Positions 24,912 through 35,435 of a stretch of DNA of 35,435 bases are shown one piece after another (positions within the stretch are counted from its first letter, which is position 1; each line of letters begins with the position of its first letter). The stretch is taken from positions 1 to 35,435 of the forward strand of contig NW_019029083.1 of the NCBI RefSeq assembly GCF_002105155.1, read 5' to 3'. Both the position numbers and the translations under genes were made by a program. Under the pieces are notes generated by a model. That model saw nothing but the letters and a program-made list of their open reading frames with translations. It was not told the origin of the DNA and did not search any database. The DNA comes from Lobosporangium transversale (taxonomy: Eukaryota).

Positions 24912-25850
24912 AAAAGTGAAATTAGTCAGTCAACTGTACTAAGCCTTTATGTTTCTTTTTTTTTTTCCTCCCATAATTTTTAACATACTTGGCAGCCTTC
25001 TTCAAAATGTCCTCGACTAATGCATTGGAATCTTTCTTTCCAGGAGGGCCTTGAACCATCACACCTCTATAAAGTTGGGTAGAACAAGGAAATAGTAAAA
25101 AGTCAATGAAGTGCTTCATGATAAGGGGTATCTTTGATTGACACAAAAGGGTTTTTTTTCCTCCACACATACGATTTTTCTCCGCCAGCAAAGAAGTTTT
25201 GCGAATCCTCATCTGAGTCTTCTTCATCCGAGTCTTCATCCTTGTTCAAATCACGGAAAGTGGCGATGCCTCTGTGTATAAAGTAAGAAAATCAGTAAAT
25301 ATGCAGAGTATTCTAATCAGGTCGTAAAAAAAAGAGGAAACAGTCACTTTGTGCATCATCATCAACTGAACAGTACACGTACCCTTGTTTGCGACTAGAA
25401 CCAGCATTGGCTTTACGTTTGCCTTCTGAACTCGACGAAGTCTTTGGAGCTGTTCGAGCGATGATATCTTTCAAGTCATCGTCATCGTCCTCATCTTTCT
25501 CTGCTTTTGAAGCTGATGATCCGGTGTTGGCTCCTGCAGCGCTGGCAGCTTCTGGTTCCTCATAAAAGTTACTTAGAGCTTCCTGTTATGGTTATACGTC
25601 CATGAGTCCATGAATGAGTACGCAGTAAATTATAACAAATAAGTTAGAGGATTGGCGTTTATGGGTATTTAATCTCTCTTTTGTGAGACAGCAGAAAGCA
25701 GAAAGAAAGAAAAAGAAGTAAAAAGAAGATATTGTATTTATTATTTACATTGAGGTCCCAATTATTAGCTTCAAGATAAAACTGAGCTTGTTCAGGAGTT
25801 GAGTCAACAACGCCGACAAAGTTTGCAATCAGTTCTTGGTGATCTGCCAT
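23863..25850 (-). CDS. SHP1: p47/Shp1 Cdc48 cofactor (UBA-like, SEP, UBX), 7 exons (25850-25749, 25582-25383, 25271-25173, 25066-24989, 24871-24700, 24592-24483, 24346-23863), 414 aa
   Basis: UBA-like [30 protein letters not shown] boxes [21 protein letters not shown] domain [15 protein letters not shown] and UBX domain [20 protein letters not shown]...SFPRK. Confidence 0.96.
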
Positions 25851-26015
25851 TAGTTAACACAATGTTGTTCTGTTGGAATGAAGAAGAATGGAAAATGGAA
25901 TAAAAAAAAAGGAAGGAAAGGAAGGGGTAGACAAATTTATTTCCTTCCTTGATGACGCACTTTTTTTTTTTTTTTTTTTTTTTTTTATATTTGGGTGAAC
26001 AAAAGGCCTCTTTGT

Positions 26016-26544
26016 CTAAAGTCTGGATGGGTTCTTGACGGACACAACAAGCTTTCCGAACTGGCTACCTGTCTTCATCGCTTCAAACGCGTGCTCAGAG
26101 AGTTCAAGCCCACGCCAGACTTGGCTTACAATTGGCCTCAGCTTATGCTTTGATACAAACTCCAACATCTGTTGGAACTCTAGACGCGATCCCTATTTAT
26201 AAAAATGTTGATTAACATTAATAATCATACTTCAAAAGCTTGCCAGTCTCACGCATTATGGATTATTGAGAGTAACGGACTTGTTTATTACTTACCATTG
26301 TGCTTCCACGGATTTCAATGTTTCGTAGGACAGCGGCCATAGTGTAGTCGACCTGAGGTTTGACAGTCATGCCATACGAGACAATGATACCTCCCAATCT
26401 CAGAATCCTTGTGAACGTTTTGGGACCGTCTCCTCCAGCACCATCAATTACTGCATCAAACAGTACTCCTCCAGTCAAATTTAGTAAGGCTTGGCCCCAT
26501 TTGGCTGAAATCGTAATATAAATAGTAGTGAGATTAACAATGTG

Positions 26545-26577
<33 letters not shown>

Positions 26578-27534
26578 CGAAAAATGGAGCTACTAGAACT
26601 TACGGTCTTTATAATTAACGCCTCCTGCAGCACCAAGACGGACAGCCTTGGCTATTTTTTCATCACTCGATGAAGTGACAAACACTTTGGCACCGATTGC
26701 TATAGCAAACATCAGTGCTTGTAGTGCAACACCTCCGCCTAAACAAATAAATATCGAAAGAAGTTAAAGCGGCATTTTGTCTTGTTAAAATAAAAATAAA
26801 AATAATAATAAAAAAGACACGCATTAATCCTTACCAATCCCAGTGATCAACACAATTTGGTCCTGAGCAACTTGACCTTTTGTAAACACAGCACGGAAGG
26901 CTGTCAAGCCGGCCAATGGCAAAGCAGCAGCTTCTTCATCCGACAAGTGATCAGGTGCCTTAAAGATGTTTTCTTGATCTGCTACAAAGTACTCGGAAAA
27001 CACACCTGGAAACAAGAAAAAGAATTAGAAAATAAATAAATAAAGAGGCACATTTATCCGGTTGCAAAGCGTTTATTTCCTTCATACCTCCAGCATGGCT
27101 TCCTCCAAGGATATAGTACGCTTCTTCAGGTCCACGAGGATCCTTGTCCCAACCCACAGAAGGCATCACCACAACACGGTCACCGATTTGGAGGTTCTTA
27201 GGAGAGCTACCCTTAATGTCGGCAACCTTGCCAACACAATCGGCGCCCATGACAGAGCCAAACACAATTCCCTATCAGTACAACGGAAATCAAGAAATTA
27301 GCAATGAGGAATGATGCACTACACAAAAATTTTCTTTTTGTGCTGACGATCTTTTGTCCAACATACTGGATATTGTCCCTTTCTGATCCAGAGCTCACGA
27401 TGGTTTAACGAGACTGCATTGATTTCTAATAGCGCCTGGTTGTTCTCAAGAGTTTCAGGCTTTGGTATATCTACGACTTTGGCAAGGTGATATGTCGGCT
27501 GTGCATCTGACTTTTCTATGATAAGTGCCTTCAT
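26016..27534 (-). CDS. Medium-chain dehydrogenase/reductase (quinone oxidoreductase-like) with C-terminal PTS1 (SRL), 6 exons (27534-27367, 27271-27088, 27005-26835, 26738-26604, 26504-26296, 26192-26016), 347 aa
   Basis: Motifs AVSLNHRELWIRKGQYP, GADCVG, AAALPLAGLTAFRA, LITGIGGGVA, IRGSTMGS and QFGKLVV. The protein ends in NPSRL*. Confidence 0.92.
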
Positions 27535-28331
27535 ATTGGAACCTTCTGCAAAATAGTAAACAGTAAAACAATAACAGTTGAAATGGAACGTCCAAGGTCT
27601 TCGTTGTCAACAAGAAAAAAAAAAACAAAAAAAAAAAAAAAAAAGTGGAATGAGAAATGAGGAGAGTTCGAAGACATGGCAAATTTAATTTGCCTTATTA
27701 AAAAAATAAATGACGTTCTTGTTCAACTGTGCAACCGATCGAAAATTTCGGATCGGAACCCATATTCACAAGCAGGATTCAGTATACCAAGCTTCTTTAT
27801 GCTTTGACACTACTTCTCTTTTTTCAATTTTCGACATACAAATAAACATAAATATATATCTTTTATTTTTATTGCGAGATCAAGATCACAAGTCAAAAAA
27901 AAAAAAAAAAAAAAGATTGGAGTTGAGGGGAGAAGTATGGATAAGCAGTTTAAAAGGTGATGGATCAATTGAAGGGGATATTTGCAAAAAAAAGTGAGGT
28001 GGTAAGGGTGGAAGGGAAGATACGATCCAGAATCTCGCTTCTATTTCCTTGCCTCTTCTATTTTTTTTTTTTTTTTTTTTTTTTTTTGCGCGTCTGAATT
28101 GAATGCTACTGTTGCTTTAGAAACATAATAATAAAGACGCAAAGAGTGATAGGAGTTAAAGACTGTTGTCTATTGATCATTAAATCCGTCAATTTTGTTG
28201 AGAAGGATCCAAATGCCGGTGCATAGCTGTTACTTACAATTGCAAATGAGGAAAGAATAAAAATGAAACAAACAGACAAAAAAAAAAAAAAAAAAAAAAA
28301 AAAACTTCGTAGCCGTTGTATAGCACACGAA

Positions 28332-28975
28332 TTAATGGTGTCCAGCGTGGTCATCAGCACTCTTGACATCATAGCCAACAAAGTTCCTGCGTCCAATGAT
28401 CTCACCGATCAAGAAGAAGGTGTAAGCCTCAGCAGCAACAAGTCCTGCCTTCAAGTACTGATCCTTAGAGATGTTCTTCCAAGTATTGGTGGAGCGAGCA
28501 GACTGGACAAACTTAAGAGTCGCCTGCTTAGCAGCCTCAATCTGAGCACCAGTTGGGGGAGCCATGCCCTCGCGGATGTAGACCTGCTTGGCAATCTGTC
28601 CAGCGACCTTGGCATTGTAAACAAGAGGACCTACAAGATATATATATCAAAATAAAATAATTAGAACTTAGGAACATGTCCACGGTCGAAAGCAGTGGTA
28701 CCTCAACGAAGAGGCAATGTTGCTGGATCCAAATTATAAAAAATAAAAATAAAAAAGAATAAAGAAGCGATCTCTTCAATAAATTGAAACCCATTGTGAT
28801 GATTAAATTTCGATCTAGATCTTTGCTGATTGATTAGTTCAAAGAAAGATCGCCTGTTGAATCCTTGAAACCATGATCTGTGGATGTATACAGGTGTTAG
28901 ATTGAGATGAGACATACCAGACAGCTTGGTAGCGGTCGAAGTAACGGAAGAAAGAGCCTTGGTGACGTTGTTCAT
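28332..28975 (-). CDS. ATP20: Mitochondrial ATP synthase subunit g, 2 exons (28975-28918, 28630-28332), 118 aa
   Basis: Contains YNAKVAGQIAKQVYIREGMAPP and the subunit-g signature EAYTFFLIGEIIGRRNFVGY. Confidence 0.95.
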
Positions 28976-29149
28976 GGCGATGGAGGCAGATGGGTAATGA
29001 TGAAAGAGGGTGATGGATGGTTAGTTAACGCGGTACACCTCGCTGATTATGGAGTGTGCCTGGAGTTTGCTTTTTTTTCTATTCGGAAGTACCCGTCACG
29101 GATTCGGCTTGGAACTGCTGCGCCACAAAATCGTGACTGCTTCTATTTA

Positions 29150-29379
29150 GGACTATCGGATGTCATTTGGCATCAAAGACGATATTTATCACATTTGGGG
29201 CTCTCGCCAACCTCGCGCGTCCGTACCTATGTACCCAGTCCACATCAACCGAATCTGAGCGTTTGTTCAGTAAGGCTGGGTTAGTTCTCCCACCATTCGG
29301 GACCAATCTCAGCGATCAAAATATGCGCAACATCATTTTTAGTCGCAGCTTTGAGAAAGTCCGGACTTTGTTAGACTAA
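29150..29379 (+). mobile_element. hAT transposase C-terminal dimerization-domain relic
   Basis: LANLARPYLCTQSTSTESERLFSKAGLV...NLSDQNMRNIIF matches the hAT dimerization consensus (LA..YL..P.TS..SER.FS.AG). The upstream part is frameshifted and the catalytic core is absent. Confidence 0.8.
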
Positions 29380-30168
29380 TATAAAGTAATTAGCAATATT
29401 AAGTTTAAATCGCTTTATTATACCCCGTCAATGTTATACGCTATGTTTTCTTGTCTTTGCCTTGCTCTTTTCGTAATCGTTCATCTCCAATTTTATCTAT
29501 CTCTTTATCTTAGAGTTCCTGTCCTTTCAGATAGCATTCAATAAGTCCTAGCATCCAATAAATCGAAGCATCCAGGAAATATGGGCTTCAGTATTGCTAA
29601 TTCAGGGTAAGGCTTCTTTCACCAAACTCAAACAGTGGCGAGAGAAGAATCTAGCGCAGTCTTAGCATCAATGTTACTTGTTGTCGCAGGCGATGACTAT
29701 CGGTCTTTAAGATCTTTGAGATATAAAAATATAGAAGTCTGGCTATGGAAGTAGAATTTGGCCTTGACTATATAGACGATATTAGTAATGAAGAGAATGC
29801 AGAGGCAGAGACGCAATTAAAGTACATGGCGAGGTAAAATCAGGGAACTAAAGTTAATCTGTCAACTGTTCGTAGTATTAAGTGTGTCTTTAGAGATGAT
29901 GCAGAAGGTTCCCTGAGAATGGAAAGAGAATGATAATGGGGAGAAAGAAGCCTGCTATGCATGCAAATGATTGTGGGGACAAAAAGATCAAGGCTGTGTG
30001 CTTTTCTTACAGGTTCTGCAAGGGGTTTACTATTTTCATTACGTGATTATGTAAATCAGAATATTGATCTGTTGGCTGGTCTATCCTCATGCTTGTCATT
30101 ATTCCATTCGGGCTGCATATACGCTTGTCCTCTTTAAATGCTACTACTTCAACTCTATCTATTACGCG

Positions 30169-30978
30169 ATGTCCCTTCGTCTTCCCGAAACCGCACGTAC
30201 CCCAAAAGGTCATCAACTTTTCATCGATCCCGCCACTCCTAATCCAACGTCTAGAGAGGGTCCCCAAAAAGTGGATCAGTTTTTTTATGATGAGGATCCC
30301 GTCCGTTGGCTACCAGAAAACTATGCTGCAGACCATGCAGGCGATACTAAAGGCTTTGTAGATGGTTTACGAATTATGTCAAAGTGGAGAGATTTCCCTT
30401 TGAGAGCATCCATTTTTCGATTGGCAGCTTGACTTGTTAGCCTCGTTCTATAGTTTTCAGATTGTGTCTGACCATCTTGCAGTCAATGCTGGAACATGCT
30501 CTGCAGATCAGCTCAAAGACGCTTTATACCCTTCACCTATAGACCCTACCTCTGAGAGAAGTAAACCTACAACTAAGAAGGGACTTGACGCCCAAGACAT
30601 ACAAACCCCAAAGAAAGCTCGCATTACCTCTTCCTATTCTGCTTCTTCCTACTCTGCCTCCCTAGAATCCTTAGACCCGCGACCATTGTCATTTACATTT
30701 CCTACTGAGGAACGGGGCGAAGCTGGTATGCATCCATATGTGTCAATATATTCATAAATGATGATAACCCAATGTAATAATGTCTAAAGCTCTTATCACT
30801 TCCGAAAACGTAGGACTCTCGCCACTCCTTCGTCACTCTCAATCTCTTGTCCAGCACGCAAATATGAACTCGTCACTCCCTTGCGGGGAGTCGATTCCGT
30901 CTTCGCCAGAGCAATCGACGCTTACACCGCCCTCGCCTCCAAAATTCAATCAAGAGTCGATTTTGGAGCAGGAGGCTG

Positions 30979-31014
<36 letters not shown>

Positions 31015-31491
31015 GCGCCGCTGGATCACTGCAAGATATCCTCCTCAGCGATCTCCACGAGGGTCGCAGCTTGCCTCCGTGGGCGAAGAATCGCCCATTG
31101 TATAAGTTCAAGCTACAGTTGCAAGGGGATTGGGGCCCTCGAGTGACTGACTTGTACGAGGCAACCAGGGCCAAAGCTATCCTTGATCACACTCATCTGG
31201 ATGAGATCGCGTATGTATCTATTCATAGCTTTCAAAGCTGTATAGTGTTTCTTTCAATATTTGTTCTCTACTCATGATTTTCATCAATTATGCAATAGCC
31301 TGCTCTCTGGAATCTTACATTTCAACCAAAAGCTTGCCGGATTTACCTCTGACGAAATATATTGTATATCCAGAGAGGTTCTCGAGGGCTTCTATAGCCA
31401 TGAGGATGAGGACAAGGACATTTTGCGGGGACAGGATGCAGCTTCTCTCTGGGTCAGCTAGGTGCAGGTTAGTCGCAAAATGATTCTAGTT

Positions 31492-31548
<57 letters not shown>

Positions 31549-32451
31549 CAGAAGAGCGTCTTAACCTTTGAATAAATAGATATGGAAATCGCTTCTCCTC
31601 AATGAGAAAGTGATGGCAAAGAGAGAAAAAAGAGATCCAATCGATGCTGTTAATGCAATGCCAGTCATCGAAGCAGTACTCGCAAGCTTTGGGGAGTGCA
31701 AAAGCAAAAAAATCACCTCGATCTTTTTCATTGCTTTGCACATATTCCGACACTTTAACGCTTGGTCCTCACTGGGTTCAGAATCAGACTGTGCAATGGC
31801 GGTCATTGGTCCTATCGTACAGCAGGTCATGGGCCTGCAGCATAAGATTAAGTTCGCCTGGTATGCATTCAATTTGGCTGTGCCATGATATTTTTCTTGT
31901 TTGACACGCACTAGTTGGTTTTATTTAGTGCAAATACGGGCAGGAAAAAATAGGAAGTGTGAACTCCAGCAGGATGGGCAATCCCGACAACCCGACATCA
32001 TTGGCAGGACGCAGTGCAATAAGGAAATCTTCTATGGGGAGCTCAAAGGGCCTTATTCGAATGGAGCACCAGTCAATACAGACATTCTTCGCCTCGCAAT
32101 TTTTTCCAAGGACTCACTTGATCAACTGAACAAGAATTTAGAACAGGGACTGCCACTCCTGACCTTTCAAGCTGTGGGGCGTGATATAACTTTTTTCTTA
32201 GGGGCCAAAGTCAACAACACTGTTGTCCATGCGCACCTGTCAACGATTAAGCTACCATCGCGTTTGACTGAACTGGATCTAGATCACGAATTTTTTTCCA
32301 TCTTCTGCAAGTAGAAACCTTAGTGAATATTGCCTATGGTCGCCTCCAGAATACGAGGAAGGAACCATTACAGGATGACCCTTTCCCGACTCTTGGGACA
32401 CCGGAGCGAAACGCAGCGTTGAAGGGCCCCGCCAAGGAGAAAGTCAAATAG
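30169..32451 (+). pseudogene. Intron-containing pseudogene with C-terminal PD-(D/E)xK restriction-endonuclease-like domain (lineage-expanded, Crinkler-REase-like family)
   Basis: Motifs ESDCAMAVIGPIV...RQPDIIG...IFYGELKG...DILRLAIFSKDSLD...LLTFQAVG...PTLGTP. Introns are evident at ~30726, ~31211, ~31468 and ~31861. There are in-frame stops (30430, 31459, 31572) and a T-run frameshift at ~32291. Confidence 0.6.
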
Positions 32452-32677
32452 TGATTCTACTGAGAAGACAGTTTGTTCTGCGGTTCAAGTAGAGTCCTCG
32501 CCAAAAAGTTGTCGACTGATATATTTTTAAAATACCCAATTTGAATTAGAATCTGAAAAAATAGAATAAATTAGACTGCATTGGAAACCATTGTTTTTTT
32601 ATGAATGTGAAACTGATCGATCGAAGCAGACCCTCATTACGCTTACATATTCACTCATTCTCCAAAAAAATAGTCAA

Positions 32678-34636
32678 ATGGCTTTCCCTGCTGATATCGA
32701 TGGTCACCTCCCACATAGTGATCTGAGTGATTTGTATAATGATCTAGGTGATACCGATCTAACATTTCTAAGAACACCCCGAAGATGCCGACAATCGCCC
32801 TCCAAACTCAATGTCACTCCCAATAGATCCCCCACACGATATCATTGGATCACTCCACCTAAGAACAGATCCAAAGGGTCCCCTCTAAAACAGTACTCCG
32901 AGGAGCTTCCCAGTGCTGCCGATCCAAATCCGTTCCTGTCAAATGGACAAGCTGCAGAGCTTCAGCAGGACATTGATGAGTTTCCTCGCAAAAAAGCGAC
33001 CATTACACATAACGAATACGTTATGATGGCTCGGACATTCAAGGCTATTACTGAGGGGCCACTGGAAGTTCGACAGTGGTTTATGCAGACACCAGACAGA
33101 GCGAACACCTTGTCGATTTTAATGGGTGTAGGAAGAGATGCATGTTTGACAGGAATTAAATTTGCCACCACTGGTGTCCTCGAGTTCAAAGACCGTGGAA
33201 AAGTTGGGCATGAGAGAACTAGGATGCCCAAAAAAAGAAATTGATCAGGATGTAGCCTCGAAAATTATGGCGGTCATAGTAGATTCAAACAAGCGTGGTG
33301 CACCTAATTCAGCAGCTATAGTTGCGAACCAACTCAAGGATGACTTTGGGATCGACAGATCAGCAAGGTCAATTACTCGTGATCTTCGCAGAAGGGTTTA
33401 TATTGGGGTAAAGGAATTCGACACTACTTCTTGCATGACTCCAAGGAAAATGTCGCATTCCGGACAACATACCTCAAGCGTTGCCTCAGTAATCTAAAAC
33501 TTGTGGATGACAATTGGGTTCCTAAAATGTCGGAAGTGTTCTTAGATAGGTCTTACTGTCACATCGATCATGCTGCAGCAAGACGTTGGGTGAAAAATAG
33601 TGGTGGTGTCGCAAACGATGCGGGAAGAAAGCCAATAGGTTATCTTTGCGGCATTCGTTGTTTACTACGATGAACTCAACAAAAAAGTTGAGGGCAAACT
33701 CGTGAAAGATAGTGTATATGTTTGGCCACCCAAAGGGCCAAAGCCATAGTCGAGGAAAGGCCAAGAACAGGAGGCAGAGTTGTAGAACGATGTGCTTGAA
33801 GGGATCAAGAGTGCAGGGGTTGTAGCAACAGGTCACGACTATCATGGGAATTTCAACGCCAATTTCTTTAAGCGACTTTGTGAGTACCTCAATGAGATGG
33901 GATTGGAACTTGCCAAATCTATCTTGATGGTGCTTCGTATCATTTCCATAAGAAAAACAAAGCACCAACCAAGAGTGAGACCGCGACAACTATCAAAGAG
34001 TGGCTCACCAACAAGGGCATTGCTATTCCAACCAAGGAAAATGGAAAAGCAGTGAATAAAGACGATCTTATGGAGTTGATCAAAGCCCTTCCTGACGAGT
34101 CGTATTTCTCTATTAGTAAAATCGCTCAGGAGAACAGTGGTCATGAAATTCTCAAGACTCCACCATATCACTGCGAGCTTCAGCCTATCGAGAAAATTTG
34201 GGCCGTCGTTAAAAACATTATTGTATCGAGAGCAAGGACAATGACAGCCCTTTTGTTGAAGAAAAAGTTACTCAGTTTATTTTCTCAAACCCCGGATAGA
34301 ATATTTTATTCTGTATGGAGAAAGTCAGTGAAAATTGGTATGAAATACTACAACGAGAGGAGTCGCGTGCAGGAACTGTTGGACGAGTTGGAAGAGAGGC
34401 ATTATCAAGAGACCAGTGATGGACAGGGGATAATTGAGGACATTGGTGAGGAGATTAGAGTCGACAGCAGTGAGTGGGACATAGAGATCGCTAAAATAGT
34501 AAACCGAGAGCAAGCTGAGCCTATTATCATGGGATCTGAGATAGAGGACCTTGCTCCAGATACTGGAAACGTGTTTGGTTTAGTAGGGTCTGAGGATGAG
34601 CCTCTTATCAATCGAAAGAGCTTTCGTAAAAATTAA
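32678..34636 (+). mobile_element. IS630-Tc1-mariner DDE transposase pseudogene, DD87E (Sailor/DD82E-like)
   Basis: HTH-like region (IVANQLKDDFGIDRSARSITRDLRR) and first D in FLDRSYCH (33545), followed by DYHGNFN. The second D is in YLDGASYH (33926) and E in TPPYHCELQPIEKIWAVVK (34190). Several frameshifts fall between 33240 and 33910; no TIRs identified. Confidence 0.85.
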
Positions 34637-35401
34637 ATTTTGAGGAATTGTTCTTCCCCAACAGCTAACGCAATCTTGTTAAAAGAAAAAAGGATAAACA
34701 AACTTAGTGCAAACGTCTACCACATCGAGGAAGTATTCAGACGCTCGTCTTATATATCAATTTGCGATATGGTCGCCTGAGAGTTGCTCATATAAATCAC
34801 ATGGAATGAATATCTGTATCGACAATATTATATTTTTGATTAGGCAGGCCAGGACTTGGAGGTCTGGTTGATGAATGAATGGTACAGACCATTTTTATAT
34901 GCCGATATGGCCAGGATCACAGTATAGTCATACGTTTGAAGCCTAGATCACTATCCTACATTATATGAAGATTGGAGGATGAAATATGCTGAAGTAGTAC
35001 TCTGGTATATACGGTTCACAAAGGAAACAAAAAAAAGCTATTATCCTGTACCCAGTTAACCCAAAGGGAAGCTGCATCCCGTACCTCGTTCTCCTGATTA
35101 TAAGTAGACTCAAGAACTTCTTTTCATGTTTTCTCCACATGGTTTTGTAGAGTTGTATAGATAGATGAAAGTCCTGAGTTAGGCCTCTAACAGTACCGAA
35201 TCCTAAGCCACGATGTTGATGACGTAAGACTTGTCGAAAATTTTATCACTTTCACACTCGGTTATCGTCATGCTCCTCAATTCTGTGATCATTCGCTTGG
35301 ATGCCGACTTCCAAAGGTAATTCACATACAAGACTTCGATTGTTATTGTTCCTTCTTGTTCAGGAAGGGACTGTAACACCAGTAGTTGTTAACTATAGTA
35401 C

Positions 35402-35435
35402 CAGGGCCGGGCTTAGTGAGGGTGCGATGAGGATC
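35402..35435 (+). mobile_element. Possible hAT-type terminal inverted repeat at window edge
   Basis: Abrupt GC-rich CAGGGCCGGGCTTAG; CAGGGCCGG is a common hAT terminus. I found no partner end in this window. Confidence 0.25.

Noticed and set aside
32452..35400. Terminal inverted repeats for the DD87E element
   Set aside because: I could not find a convincing inverted pair by eye on either side of the transposase.

Overview
Intron-rich eukaryotic genomic DNA with many poly(A)/poly(T) tracts. Gene style suggests an early-diverging fungus, most likely Mortierellomycotina/Mucoromycota (inference). I rebuilt nine intact housekeeping genes by hand with phase-consistent GT-AG introns: UDP-glucose 6-dehydrogenase, PEX11 (with a 12-nt microexon), an AVT-family vacuolar amino acid transporter, an MFSD1-like transporter, a MAPEG/MGST3-like protein, a large MIT-domain protein, SHP1/p47, a PTS1-bearing MDR oxidoreductase and ATP20. 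The right-hand ~6 kb holds decayed accessory DNA: a hAT dimerization-domain relic, a PD-(D/E)xK nuclease-like pseudogene and a DD87E (Sailor-like) IS630-Tc1-mariner transposase pseudogene. The most interesting region is 13.9-18 kb. A 690-bp near-perfect inverted repeat (14552-15241 / 16676-17365) sits inside an older, decayed inverted duplication. It encloses a spliced minus-strand gene that the ORF track misses, encoding a 98-aa secreted precursor: signal peptide plus three identical copies of VDIPPGEGGPIPF bounded by basic residues. This is a candidate multi-core secreted peptide (KEP/RiPP/pheromone-like) system in a potentially invertible or hairpin-forming cassette.
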